Shown here piece after piece: positions 9,909 through 20,726 of a DNA stretch of 64,000 bases (positions within the stretch are counted from its first letter, which is position 1; every line of letters begins with the position of its first letter). Source of the DNA: Pelagomonas calceolata (Eukaryota); assembly GCA_918797485.1 (NCBI GenBank), contig CAKKNE010000001.1:2170001-2234000 (forward strand). The letters are read 5' to 3'. Made by a program: the position numbers and the translations under genes. Below the pieces are notes generated by a model. The model saw only the letters and a list, made by a program, of their open reading frames with translations, did not search any database and had not been told where the DNA came from.

Positions 9909-10655
9909 ATGGATGAGGCTGCGCGCATCGCGGCAGCCCCTGCTGAGGAGGAGGCTGATGCGGCCTGCGACGCCGCCGTCGAGGCCGCTATCGACGAAGA
10001 GCAGGCCGCCGACGACGCCGCCGACGCGGGGCAGCCTCGGGAGGCCCGTGCCACTGTCCTCGATCGCGAAGAAGCCATCCCGCTGTCGCGCGTCCAGTGC
10101 AACAACCTGGGTATACGCTTCCAGCAGCACCACGACGCCACCAAAGCGCTTCGCGACGGCGGCATTCGCGAGTCGTCCGGAGTCAGGTTGCAAGATGGGC
10201 AGTACGGCACCGTCCTTGAAATTGACGGTGCTGCTGCCGTCGTCGAGATACGGAAGCAAGGGAATAAGAGGCGTCGCTTCACGCTGCCCGTGGCCGAACT
10301 TACCCTTCGCGTCCCGAGACTGTCGCAAGCGATGGCTAAGCAGTGGAGTATCGACGAATACGTTATGGAGGGCCCCAAACGTGTCCGACGCGAGTACGAC
10401 GACTGGCGCCGGCGGCACAAATACGCCGGCTTCGTCTCGCACTACAGACGACGGGTTCTGGGTGCGTTGCCGCGGCACCCGACGACGTTCTCTGAGGCGG
10501 ACTTCATCGAAGCTGCTGCGCGCGTGGGCCTCCAACATAGGACCGGGGCGCGGTGGCTTCTCCGCGACTTTGTCAAGGTCACGAAGACGGTCGCACGCCT
10601 CCCGAAGAATAGGGGTCCGCCCGACGCGCCGCGAAAGTACCGCCTTCGCGAGTAG
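9909..10655 (+). CDS. Element accessory protein: acidic N-terminus, KOW/SH3-like middle, basic (wHTH-like?) C-terminus
   Basis: GVRLQDGQYGTVLEIDGAAAVVEI..FTLPVAELTL resembles KOW/SH3; lies inside the insertion, convergent with the transposase. Confidence 0.6.
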   Translation: MDEAARIAAAPAEEEADAACDAAVEAAIDEEQAADDAADAGQPREARATVLDREEAIPLSRVQCNNLGIRFQQHHDATKALRDGGIRESSGVRLQDGQYGTVLEIDGAAAVVEIRKQGNKRRRFTLPVAELTLRVPRLSQAMAKQWSIDEYVMEGPKRVRREYDDWRRRHKYAGFVSHYRRRVLGALPRHPTTFSEADFIEAAARVGLQHRTGARWLLRDFVKVTKTVARLPKNRGPPDAPRKYRLRE

Positions 10656-10744
10656 TAAGAAATTGTAGGAGTGCTCCCCTAGTTATGTGGTACAAACTTT
10701 ACTCAAAAACAACAACGAAAGTCTAGGACCCTCGAGCAGCGAGC

Positions 10745-13700
10745 TCATCCCGCAACAGCTGCTTCCGCCTCGCCAGGCTTCGGTCGGATGCAGGTTTCGT
10801 GGACTTCGCCACTCCAGAGAGTGTATCGATCGGACGTGGACAGGTAGACGTATCTCTTGCAGCAGTCGCAGACGCGCTTGAGCGGTCGGCCCTCCGTGCC
10901 GGACGAATAAACGAAGTCGCGGTGGTCGCGATACGTCGCGACGAGCGCATCGACTTCGCCGCGGAGCCTATCCCACTGCGCAGAATCTGCGAGCGGGATG
11001 TCCTTGGCGAGCTCGGACATCAACTCGGCGCGATGCGACGCGTCCCAGCCCTCTGCATCCGAAGGAATCGACTTGTCGCGGCGCCCTTGCAGGAACGTGG
11101 AGCAGAGCACTATCCCTTCCTCGAAGGCCTTGCGGAGCTTGTCGGGCGGGCCGCGAGACGCCTGCAGGACAAGGAACGGCGAGACAAAGTTCGCGAGAGG
11201 CCCCTGGTCCTGCTCGCCTGCGTCGGTGTGCGCGAGTCGAACGCCGCCAGCGCCGCCGCGGCCACAACCAGCGTAGAAGGCGCCGAACCGCGGCTTCTCG
11301 ACGAGGTAAAGCGTGAGCTCGGTCGTGCGCGCGCCCGACTTCCAGGACCACGCGTAGATGGAGCCTGGTCTCACGTCGATGAAGGTCCGCGCGCCCGGCT
11401 CCGTCTTCTCCGTGTCCTCTTTATCAAAAAAGACGCGGATCCTGTCCTTCTGGACCTCGAGGCGCGCCGCGTAGCCCGCATCTTCAAGCAAAAACGGCCT
11501 CGCGCGCACCCTTCTGTCGCCGCGGCGATAGTCCGCGGCCAAGAGCGCGACCTCAACTTTCTTGAAAGTCCGGCGAAACTTCTCCGTCGCATCGTCCTCG
11601 GCGTCCTCCTCTGCGCCGACGTCGTCCTCACTGGCCGCCGCGTCCTCGTCCTGCTCCGCTGGCGCGTCGTCGTCCGCGTCGTCCTGCGCAGGCGCCGGCG
11701 CTGGCGCTGGCGCTGGGACGGGGCGCGCCCGCGACGTCCTCGCCCAGTGGTTCCCGAGCTGTGGACAAGTGATGAAGGGCCCCTCGCGTCGGGCGCGCAG
11801 CCGCGCGAGGTCCGCGTCCTCGCGGTCGCGTCTCTTCTTCTCGTGGGCCAGGAGCGCAAGCGGCGCGGTCCGGCGCGACTCGTCGGTATATAAGTGCCAG
11901 GACGCGTCGATCTCTCGGAGCAGGTACTCTATTTTGGCGACTTCGCGGTCCAGGAAGTGCTTGTCGACGCTCCCGCCGCGGCATCCATGGTTATAGAATT
12001 TCGTCACGTGCCGGTGGAAATCTTCGACCGGCAGGTCCGACAGGTCGCACGGCGTGATCTCGACGCGCAGGAGCTGCGACAGTCTCTGGCAAGTGCCATG
12101 CAGCGCGCCCGCGTTGTTGGCCGCGACGCGCGCCGTGACGCGGCACTCCTTTTTACCGAAGCAGACCGCAAGCAACGACGCAGCGAACCAGTAGTTGAGC
12201 TGCATCTCGCGCTTGAACGCCCGGTAGCCCTCCCTCGTCGTGCGCGCCATCGTCGCGCGCTGCCACGACAAGACCAGCAGGTCGATGACCCTCGTCACAA
12301 AACCACCAGACTGGACGCCCGGCGGCTTGAAGCCGATTAACGCGTGCGCCTCGAGCGACCCGAGCCGCGCGAAGTCGCCCGTCTTCGTGACGGGGTGCGT
12401 GGTCTTGGTCTCGTGCACGTTCTGCTCGAAGCGCCGGCCGAGGCGCGACGCGACGTGATTTACGAAGGCCGCGTGGACTGGCGCGCCGAGCTTGATGCAG
12501 AGGTGGCCGATGGCCTTCACAACGCCCGCCGTGCCCGTGCCGCCCACGTGGAGAGGTCCGTGCGTGACGCGCGTCGGGTCCGAGCGAACCAGAGGTAGAC
12601 CTCGCTTTTGAAAACGCAGCAAGACCGCCGCGGCGCCGCCCTCCTCGTGTTCCTTCTTGATCTCCTCGTACGAAAAGTCGACGGGCGTGTAGCGGACGAG
12701 CCCGCGCCCGCGATCGAGCCGCAGAGCGACGTCGCGCTTCGTCGCCGTATACGGGTTATCGGCGGGGCTCGCGAAGCCCATCCCGTTAAAACCCTCGCAC
12801 ACGGCCCGCAAATCGAGGGCCAAGGCGTAGATCGCCGCGCGGGCCTCAGGCGCGTAGACGCCGTCGGCGCGCTTGAGCTTGACGGAGATGCCGCCGCCGC
12901 CGCCGTGCTCCCTCGCAGTCAAGTCGTGCACCGTGTCCCAGATCGACGCGAGCGCCCGGCTCGACGCCTCGCCGTGCGCTTTCAGAGCGTCGCGCCCGTC
13001 GTCGTCGAGCGCTAAACCCAGCAGAAGGCAGTGACGCGTGCGGTCCTACGTGAATGAAACGTCATCGAAAACTGCGGTGGTCGACACTGGATGCGACAGC
13101 GAGTGCACCCTTGAGCAAGCACTGCAGGAGCCAGGCCGTGGACTTGTGTTCGCGCGCCCGCCGCCAGTCGCGAAGTAGCTGCGCTGCATCCCACGACAAG
13201 CACAGCGGAAGAACCACCTCGTCGGGACCGCGACCCGCCGGGTACATACCACGCAAAAGCTGATCGTACAACGGCGCCCGCGCTGCACCATTCACCTCTT
13301 TTTCGAGCAGCACGCGCACGTCGCGGCGCGCCGAGCACGCGTGGCGCCGCGCATCAACAAAAACCTCGTAGGCGCCCTCCGTCTGCATCTCAGTCGCAAA
13401 GCGCAGAGGTTCGACGGTCGCCGCAGCACGAGTCTCGGCGCGCCGCGGGACGACGCGCGTGTCCTCGGACGCCCCGGCAATATCAGCCAGCGCGCGGTCG
13501 GTGCGCGCGGCCAGATCGTCGTAGGCCCTTTGGCTAAGGCCTCCGACGCGCCGCCACAGGTCAAAGGCCTCGCACAGACCTTGTTTCCTCGTAGAGAGCC
13601 GCCGCAGAGCGAGGTGGGCCACGAATTGTCGCCCAGCATGCGTCTGCTCGCAGATGACGGCCAGCGTCGGCCACAAACAGTTCTCCGTGAGGAAGTCCTT

Positions 13701-14798
13701 GAGGGCGTCGACCGCTCGCTCCTCGTCGTGGCGGCGAAAGGCGGGCTGCGCGTCGCCGCGAAGGTCGGGAAGCTCGCCGCGCTCTCCAATCGGTTTCAAA
13801 CCCTGAAGCGCCAACCACACAGCGCCCGCATCAAGCGCAGTCTCGCGTCTGGCACACACATGTCGCCGACGAGTCCACCGAGAGAGATCCGCCGTCGGTC
13901 GCGCGAGCTTTTGGGGCGGCTCAAAGCGTCCGAAGGGCTTCACGACCCGCCGAAGCAGCACCGGCAGCTCAGGGCGTCGTGCAGCTTGTGCGACCATTGA
14001 GACAAGCCCTCGACCCAATTCTGGCTCATCTACAAGTGCACGAGACGCCGCATGGCGAGCAACTTTGGTCGACGACGCGACCCGCTTCGCGACGTCGACG
14101 ACGTCGTCGTCCAGATAGACAGGCCTCCGTGCAGCACTTGAGGACTCTTCCAAAGTCTTGCCGGCATCCGTCAGCAGCCGTAGACCCGCGTCCTTCGCCA
14201 CCGTCACGACTGGAGCGGCGGTCACGTTCCTACCTTTAATAGGTGAGCGTCGATGCAGCCGTTTAGCATCGGGAGACTTCAGCATCAACGGCGAAGAGAT
14301 GGGCGTGGCCGGCTTCGGCCTTTTTTGCCGGCGAGTTATTGTTTTAATATGATAAAGCGGCTTGCCCATAACCTCGTCCGCGGCAGGCCCATCATCAACG
14401 TCCATGGCGTGATCCGTCGCGCAGTGTGAGATGAAGGGCTGCCACACAGCATCAGGGACGCCCCACCCTCGAAATAGCTTGATCGCTAAGGCACGAGAAA
14501 CTAGCTGTAGTCCGCCCTTGCCGGTCGACGACGTCTGGTGCGACGCCACGTCCGGCATGCGCACAACAGCCTCAATCGCGTTGCGAAGCCGATCCTTATG
14601 CTGCTTCGCCGTCACTGACAGCTCGCCGTCGCCAAAGAACTTGATGAAGTCACCGACAGAGGGCCAATCAAGCCAGTAGTCATTATCGCCTCGTGCGGCG
14701 CCGCGCGCACATATCTTGACCTCGTCTTCGCCGCCGAGTGGGGCCACGTATGGAGGAAGTCGGTACACGTGAATACGCGCAGCGATAACCGCTGGCAT
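10745..14798 (-). CDS. RAG1/Transib/Chapaev-like DDE transposase (two ORFs probably joined by a short intron ending at AG 13046-13047)
   Basis: Ordered motifs DLSRWTRRRH, LSQRAY, LSWDAA (D), CLLLGLALDDD, ALDLRAV (D), GPLH, LSDLPVEDFH (E), HGCRGG. Confidence 0.6.
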
Positions 14799-14891
14799 TT
14801 TGATTTAGAGGCTGCCGACTGCAGTCGCTCCGCTCGGGTGCACCTAGTATGTTTAATGAGCGTTAGCAGGGAGTTCTGAGATCGTGCATAC

Positions 14892-15176
14892 CATATTGAT
14901 TTCATGAGTTTGACCCGCAGTTTGTAGATTACTGATTGTGAACATACGATTCGGGTCCGCGCCGCGAGTGAGCGCCAGCTCGACGAAGCGGAGTTTTGCC
15001 TCGGCGACGCGTCGGTCACAATGGACCGTGTGGACCGCCGCATCCCACAACACAGATGACAAGTCGTTCGTCCCACGATCCTTTGACACGAGCCACTGGC
15101 GGGCGGCATCGATGTCCTCGACCTTCCCTGATTCTAAGGCCTTGACTATAGACGTAGGGATAGCTGGCCCGGCCAT
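14892..15176 (-). pseudogene. 5' half of the insertion-disrupted ankyrin gene
   Basis: MAGPAIP...VLWDAA...VELALTRGADPN; exactly 95 codons up to the junction. Confidence 0.75.
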
Positions 15177-15338
15177 TGTCCGTGATTCGAGCAGCAATGC
15201 ACACGTGAGAGCAGACTGCTTGCAGCAAGCGTATCGTAGCTATGAAATGTGCTGCCGCGATCGCAGCGATGGCGCAAATCTCCCAGACGCTACGCTTACG
15301 CCAGGCGCCGCACAATGGCAACTCGGGCTGCCTGGGTT

Positions 15339-15414
15339 GCTAGTGTCTTACCTGTAAGTCAGGACGCTAGCCGGATTTCCAAACGCGAGTGGGCAGCGGC
15401 CTGTAGACACTAGC
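15339..15414. promoter_or_regulatory. Two copies of the GTA(A)GACACTAGC motif in opposite orientations, upstream of the ankyrin gene
   Basis: gctagtgtcttac at 15339-15351 (minus-strand copy) and gtagacactagc at 15403-15414. Confidence 0.5.
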
Positions 15415-15480
15415 AAAGCACCGTAACAGACGACTACGAACGCGAGAGAACTATGTATAAGAAGCTATACCTCAACAACA

Positions 15481-18400
15481 CTAGCCCGGAGCCGGCGCCT
15501 CTTGTTGGCCCGTCAGCAGAGGAGCGAACCGCCTAACATGATCGGTCTTCATGAGCTCCTTGATCTTGCGCAGGCGCTGCTCGGCCTTGGCGTCGTCGCG
15601 GCGCCACTCCTGGGACTGCCACTTTTCCCTCATTTGTAGGGCGTCGGGGTCCGGTTCTGCATCGGCCAGCGCGACTTCCCTCCTCGTCGCGTCCAAGGCA
15701 GCCTCAGCCGCGAGCACCGCGTCCAGCCGATCGTCAGCTCGCTCCAGACACCGTCGAGCCGCGGCGTGGTTCGCCCGGAAACTTTGTAGATCATCAGCAG
15801 AGGTAGGTGCCGCTTCCTTAACTTTCCCGGCATAAGCAGAACCGAAATGCTGCGTCGCGGACTGCATGTTCTCGTCGTAGGCCTTCCTAGCTTTCAACGT
15901 ACACGCTACCACATTCCTGATCGTCTCCCAGCGCTTCCTGACCGATTCGTCGACGGCGCTGTCTTCCTCGACATGTGTAGGTTCAGATAAAGAGGGACAC
16001 GGCACCGAAGTTAACGATTCAATAAATTTGCCCACAACCGGCGTCGCCTTCGTCGGCGTCATCTGCGATGCGGAAGGCTTCTCGCCGGAAGCTTCTGCCG
16101 CTAGAGCGCGTTCCAAGCGATCCACCCTTGATCTATAAAAGACCGAGGCATCTTTCACCGTATACTCCTCCCGCAGATCCTCCTCGGAGTCCGAACCGTA
16201 TGCCCTGTTCTGTAGGGTCGGCGGCGGCACGAGATCGAAAGCTTCGTCGAGGGCGACGTCCGCGAAGTGCCCGTACCCGTGGCAACACACCGCCGCCAAC
16301 AATCTAGCATCATGTGCGGGAGTCCAGGCGACGTGCGTATCGTTTAAATATCGTTCCGTGATGTCCCTGCTGAACTCGACACCGCTGTGCGGGATCTCCG
16401 AGGCTCTTCGTCTCAACTTCCGTTCCACAAGTGCGAAGAACCCGACGCGTCGCAGTACTCTATCGCCGTCGAAGGGATCTCGGGACGCATCATACCCTTC
16501 GGCCTTCTGTCGTAGACACTCATCTAAGGCCTCCCTACATAGTTTCATTGTAGCCGCAGGAGAATCAGCAAGCGAGCCCATCTCGAGCCGCTCGTGCGCC
16601 AACACACCGCCATCGGACAACCCACCGGGCAGGCCAAACCGCTCCAGCTTCGCGGCGACCTTGGCGATCGACGACGCCACGGGTCTAGTTACATCTATCT
16701 CGACCGAATCATCTGAATCCGACTCGACCTGTGTGGAAATCAAATTTACGGCGCGTTCGTCCTGAATCGTCGCGTCGACCTCCACGCCATCGACGCGACG
16801 CCTGCTCGATGGCGTGGCGATGCCGGTTCCTCACCGCTCGACCGAGCCAGCACGGCATCGCCGCGAAGTGCACCCGACACACTGGTTGATTTCCACACAG
16901 GACTCTACGTGATGAAAATCGCCATCGTCCAGATCATCATCTTCCTCATCTAACACCAGCACGGGACCCTGCTTGATCTGCTTCCGTTCTCGTTTGCCCT
17001 TCCCCAAACTTTCCTGCGTTTTTTGTTGCGTCGCGTCGTAACCAGTTTTTAACAGCTTATCCCATCCTTCAAACTCAGGTGAAGGCTCTTCTTCCTCTTC
17101 CGGTACTTCGTCGGTCTCCTCGAAGCTTATTTCGGCGACTTTGAAGGAGTCCATCAGTTTTGATAGGTTGTTTTTCTCGGCGACCGGTGTCTCCTCGTTC
17201 TCTACTTCTGGCTCCCTATGTAATAAAGCAGAGATGGCGTCGTCGTCCCACTTGATCTCCGGTTTGTTCGTATTCCCATCACCGTATCTCTCGGCTCGCG
17301 ACGCGTCGACGTCGGCCGCGGCGCCACCGGAGAACAACTCAGACGCGCCGTACTTGAGCACGTCATCCAACTCGGCCCTCGACAGGTTTTTGGAACCGGC
17401 ACCCGACACGACGACGTGCTCCAGGCACAGCTTTCGTTTCGCGACCGCCACAATGCGCTCCTCGACTGTTGCCCTCGATACGAATCTGTAGACCCGAACC
17501 GCGTCCCGTTGGCCGAGTCGATGCGCCCTCGCTAAAGCTTGTAGATCATTATGAGGGTTCCAGTCCGCGTCATAAATAACGACAGTGTTCGCTGTTGCTA
17601 GGTTGACCCCGAGCCCGCCCGCCCTCGTACTAAGTAAGAACAGAAATAGCTTGGAGTCCGGAGCGTTGAAGGCGTCGATGCGTTTTTGCCTTATATCTGA
17701 AGCGGTCGACCCGTCTAAGCGCGTCGTGCCGTACCGTTTTAGCGCTGCAAATTCCTCCAGCACATCTAACGTTCTTGTCATCTGCGAAAATAACAGAACT
17801 CGAGCCTTGGCCTCTTTTAGTTTGAGGAGCATCCTATCTAGTAAAGCGAGCTTGCCCGAGCCCTGCAATAACGCTTCGACGCGGTCGCCTTGGATCATAT
17901 CTTCCGGGAACTTGTCCCGCATGAGCTCGACGTGGTTGCACACTTTTCGTAATTGCATCACTATATTTTGTAAAGCAGGAGCTCGAGCCTTCGACTTGGA
18001 CCCTTCGGCGCCACTCAAGGCCGGGAAGTTCGCCGTCAAAACCGCCCTATATAACTTCTTCTGCGTCGGCGTGAGCTCGACGCGCACCACGAGCTCCTTC
18101 TTCGCCTTGATCACTCCCTTGAGGACGTCGTCCTTGAGGCGCCGCAGCATGCGACCCTGCAACAACTCCCGCAAATTCGCGAGGCGCTTCTGGGTCGCCT
18201 CGTCCTCTTCGTTGGAGGAAAACACCTGATCTAGCGCCGCGATGGCTGTTGTACCTTCGACAGAGCATTCTTTTTTCACGCGCTCCGGGTCTAGGAAGAG
18301 TAGTAGGTGGTAGAGCTCATCTAATGAATTCTGCAAGGGAGTACCAGTAAGTAACACGCGAAAGGCGCTATCTAAGTCATGTAGCTCCCGAAATAATCGG

Positions 18401-20240
18401 CCGGCACTGCCCGACTTGAGGCGATGGCCCTCATCAACAATCAGGCAGGACCACGCCCCTATACTTTTTAAGGCTGATTTCTCAGAAGAAGCCGTCTCGT
18501 ACGACGTGATGCACACGTGGAAGCGTCGCGTCTTGTCGAATTCCGCATCTTTACAGACGTCTCGCGCCGACGCGGATCCTGTTAAAACGACGCAGTGCAA
18601 ATCGGAACACCACTTCTCGAGCTCGCGCTCCCAGTTCTGTAACGTCGACAGAGGCGCTACTACGAGTGCCGGGCGCCAGTCCTTCTCCGAACGCTCGTAA
18701 ATTAACGACGCTAGCAATCCGGCGGACTGGATCGTCTTGCCGAGGCCCATCTCGTCGGCCAAGATACAACTGGTCTTGGATTGCGCTTTCGCGCGGAGCC
18801 AGTCGAGGCCCTGCAATTGATAATCTCTTAGTGTTCCACCGTCGAACCACGCCGGTTGTGTACTTTTGAGGGCCTTATTGCGAGTAGTAGTGCCGAGTTG
18901 TCTCTTAGCCTTAATAGCAGGCGTATCTACACTTCTTTCTCTCTCATCAAAAGCTTCCCGGAACGACGTGCCGCACCGATCCAGATCGCACTCGCGCTCC
19001 CAGGACGACTCGTCGTAGGGCCTACCTCTCCACTTCACGAGTAAATCTCGGGTCTTCGTCGCTCGTCCGTCAATGCTAAAAGGCCGCTCGGCTAGAACGC
19101 GCTGCGGCACGACGCTAAACCCGCTGCCCGAGTTCCTAGTAGCCGCCGCGAGCCTTCTTAGTTTGATGGCGTCGCCGCGCTTCCAACTAGGGTCCTCGTC
19201 CTCGTCGTTGTCCGAGTCGCCGTCGGCTAATTCCAGACCGACGCCGTAGTCGCGGACGCGCTTCTCGTAGTTGCGCAGTTTGCCCTTCGATAGACCTTCT
19301 ACTCTTTTCCGCTGGACCCATGACCTGTGTGATAGTCAACCAGTGAGTCGCGTGCACGCGGCCGTGCTGGCTCCATCGAGCGGTGAGGAATCGACACACC
19401 GTCACGCCGTCGAGCAGGCGTCGCGTCGATGGCGTGGAGGTCAGAATTGGGCCGTGGGAGATGCGCCGCGACATTTGATTTCCACACGGGTCGGGACGCG
19501 TGCCAATCGGCAGAAGCCTTCCACGTGCATAGGTACCAGTCCCCGTCGTGGCACTCGATGGCCTCCAAACCGTACGACGCTTCGCACCGGAAGCACCGCC
19601 ACAGATCGCCCTGCGGGGCCCGTTGGCCGTTCTCCCGTAAGGCTTGTTCACAATATCTCCGACCGCAATGCCCACATCTATAGTCGGCTTGCTTGTTCCC
19701 ACTCTTCCCACCACCGCACGTCTCGTGGCACAAATTCTTCGCTTCACAACTATCGCACTCGAACACGCCTGCATCCGGCACCCGCTCCCGACCGGCGCAC
19801 TTCATGCTAAAACGTTTGCTACAAATAGCACATTTTTCGGTAGGCACCTGCTTCTTGCACACACTACAGACCGGTGTGCTTTTCGGTTTCTTCGCTACAG
19901 GCTCTTCCTCTTCACTACTATCTTCGAGCGCGACAAAATTGTCGTCTTTTTTTGCGGTTCTAGCTCTAGGTGAACCCTTCCGCGGCGACGGTTTGCTCAT
20001 GGGCCTCGACATCCACTGGGTTAATGCTACTTCTAGCTCTCCCGCCGTCCGGCCCCGGCGCGGCCCGTCGAAGGCTGGATCGTTCGCCACAGCTTCGAAG
20101 TCCTCGCCGCCGTGCTTATGCAAGGCGGGCAAGAGCCAGGCGTCGCCCTCGACGTAGGCCTCTTCTGTGTCTTGAGCTTTCGCGCGCGGCTTCTTGGCGC
20201 TCGGCGCGGTCGTGGGGGAGCTGCGCCGCTTCGGCGGCAT
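15481..20240 (-). CDS. CHD-family (CHD3/4/Mi-2-like) chromatin remodeler; exons 20240-19498, 19324-16909, 16728-15481
   Basis: PHD-like Cys fingers, two chromodomains (YLCTWK..WHASWV; LLVKWRGRPYDESSWE), LADEMGLGKT, DEGH, QLRKVCNH, STRAGGLG, ARAHRLGQ; removing two introner introns fuses three ORFs in frame. Confidence 0.9.
16729..16908 (-). mobile_element. Introner element intron (180 nt) in the CHD gene
   Basis: TIR CTGTGTGGAAATCA...TGATTTCCACACAG (16729-16900); 8-bp TSD GTAGAGTC/GTCGAGTC supplies GT; TIR supplies AG. Confidence 0.92.
19325..19497 (-). mobile_element. Older, inverted introner element intron (173 nt) in the CHD gene
   Basis: Degenerate TIRs, same internal sequence; splicing restores WHASWVQRKRV and the frame into the SNF2 ORF. 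Confidence 0.85.
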
Positions 20241-20726
20241 GGTTGCGCTGTCGTTTGCGCCGTTCGCGATTCCCGCTGCAGTGCTCTCCTTGGGGCCTTT
20301 GGCGCGCGGCTGGAGTCTAGCCAATGTTGCGATCTCGGATCAGCGCTGTCGAGGGGGCGCTTGCCTACCGCGCGACGCAGCCAGCGTCGTCGTCGTGCAA
20401 AGCTGCGGTTCACCTTAGACTTCAAGCAAAACGAGGTCTAGAGCCTCTATAATGCGCTAGCAGATTACTGCCGAACCGCATCAGGAACGGTGCGAGGTGC
20501 GCCCACAGGCCACTGGCTGGTCTGATAATACGCTTATCGCAGTACCGCAGCCGCGCGTCGCACTGCTGCGTGCCTTGATTTCAGCGGCGGGCAGCTACGC
20601 ACGCAACAGCCGACACAGGCCAGCAAAGGCCTCACGCGAGCGCGCCGTCGCCGCGGCGCCAGAGACACAAGGCCCCGCCGCCACAGAAAGACAAGGCGCG
20701 GCGCAGCGCACCACCAGTTCACCACA

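Larger units (their letters stand above)
9746..14891 (-). mobile_element. ~5.15 kb insertion with a RAG1/Transib-like transposase and a convergent accessory gene
   Basis: Flanked by CATA direct repeats (9742-9745, 14892-14895); removal restores the host ankyrin ORF (HEINM|LHQG). Confidence 0.7.

Noticed and set aside
9909..10655. RAG2 or Fanzor/TnpB identity for the accessory ORF
   Set aside because: No kelch/PHD pattern and no RuvC or zinc-finger motifs visible.
10799..11893. Long antisense and alternative-frame ORFs here and throughout the ORF track
   Set aside because: Expected shadows of high-GC coding sequence; Arg/Ala/Pro-rich with no domain motifs.
9746..14891. The insert begins GT and ends AG on the host strand, like a giant self-removing intron
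   Set aside because: Splicing at those sites leaves both TATG copies (+4 nt) and frameshifts the host gene.
9742..14891. Alternative 5-bp TSD CATAC with a Transib-like CAC start at 14886
   Set aside because: The other end lacks a matching CAC TIR and the rebuilt empty site is out of frame; kept only as a less likely boundary.
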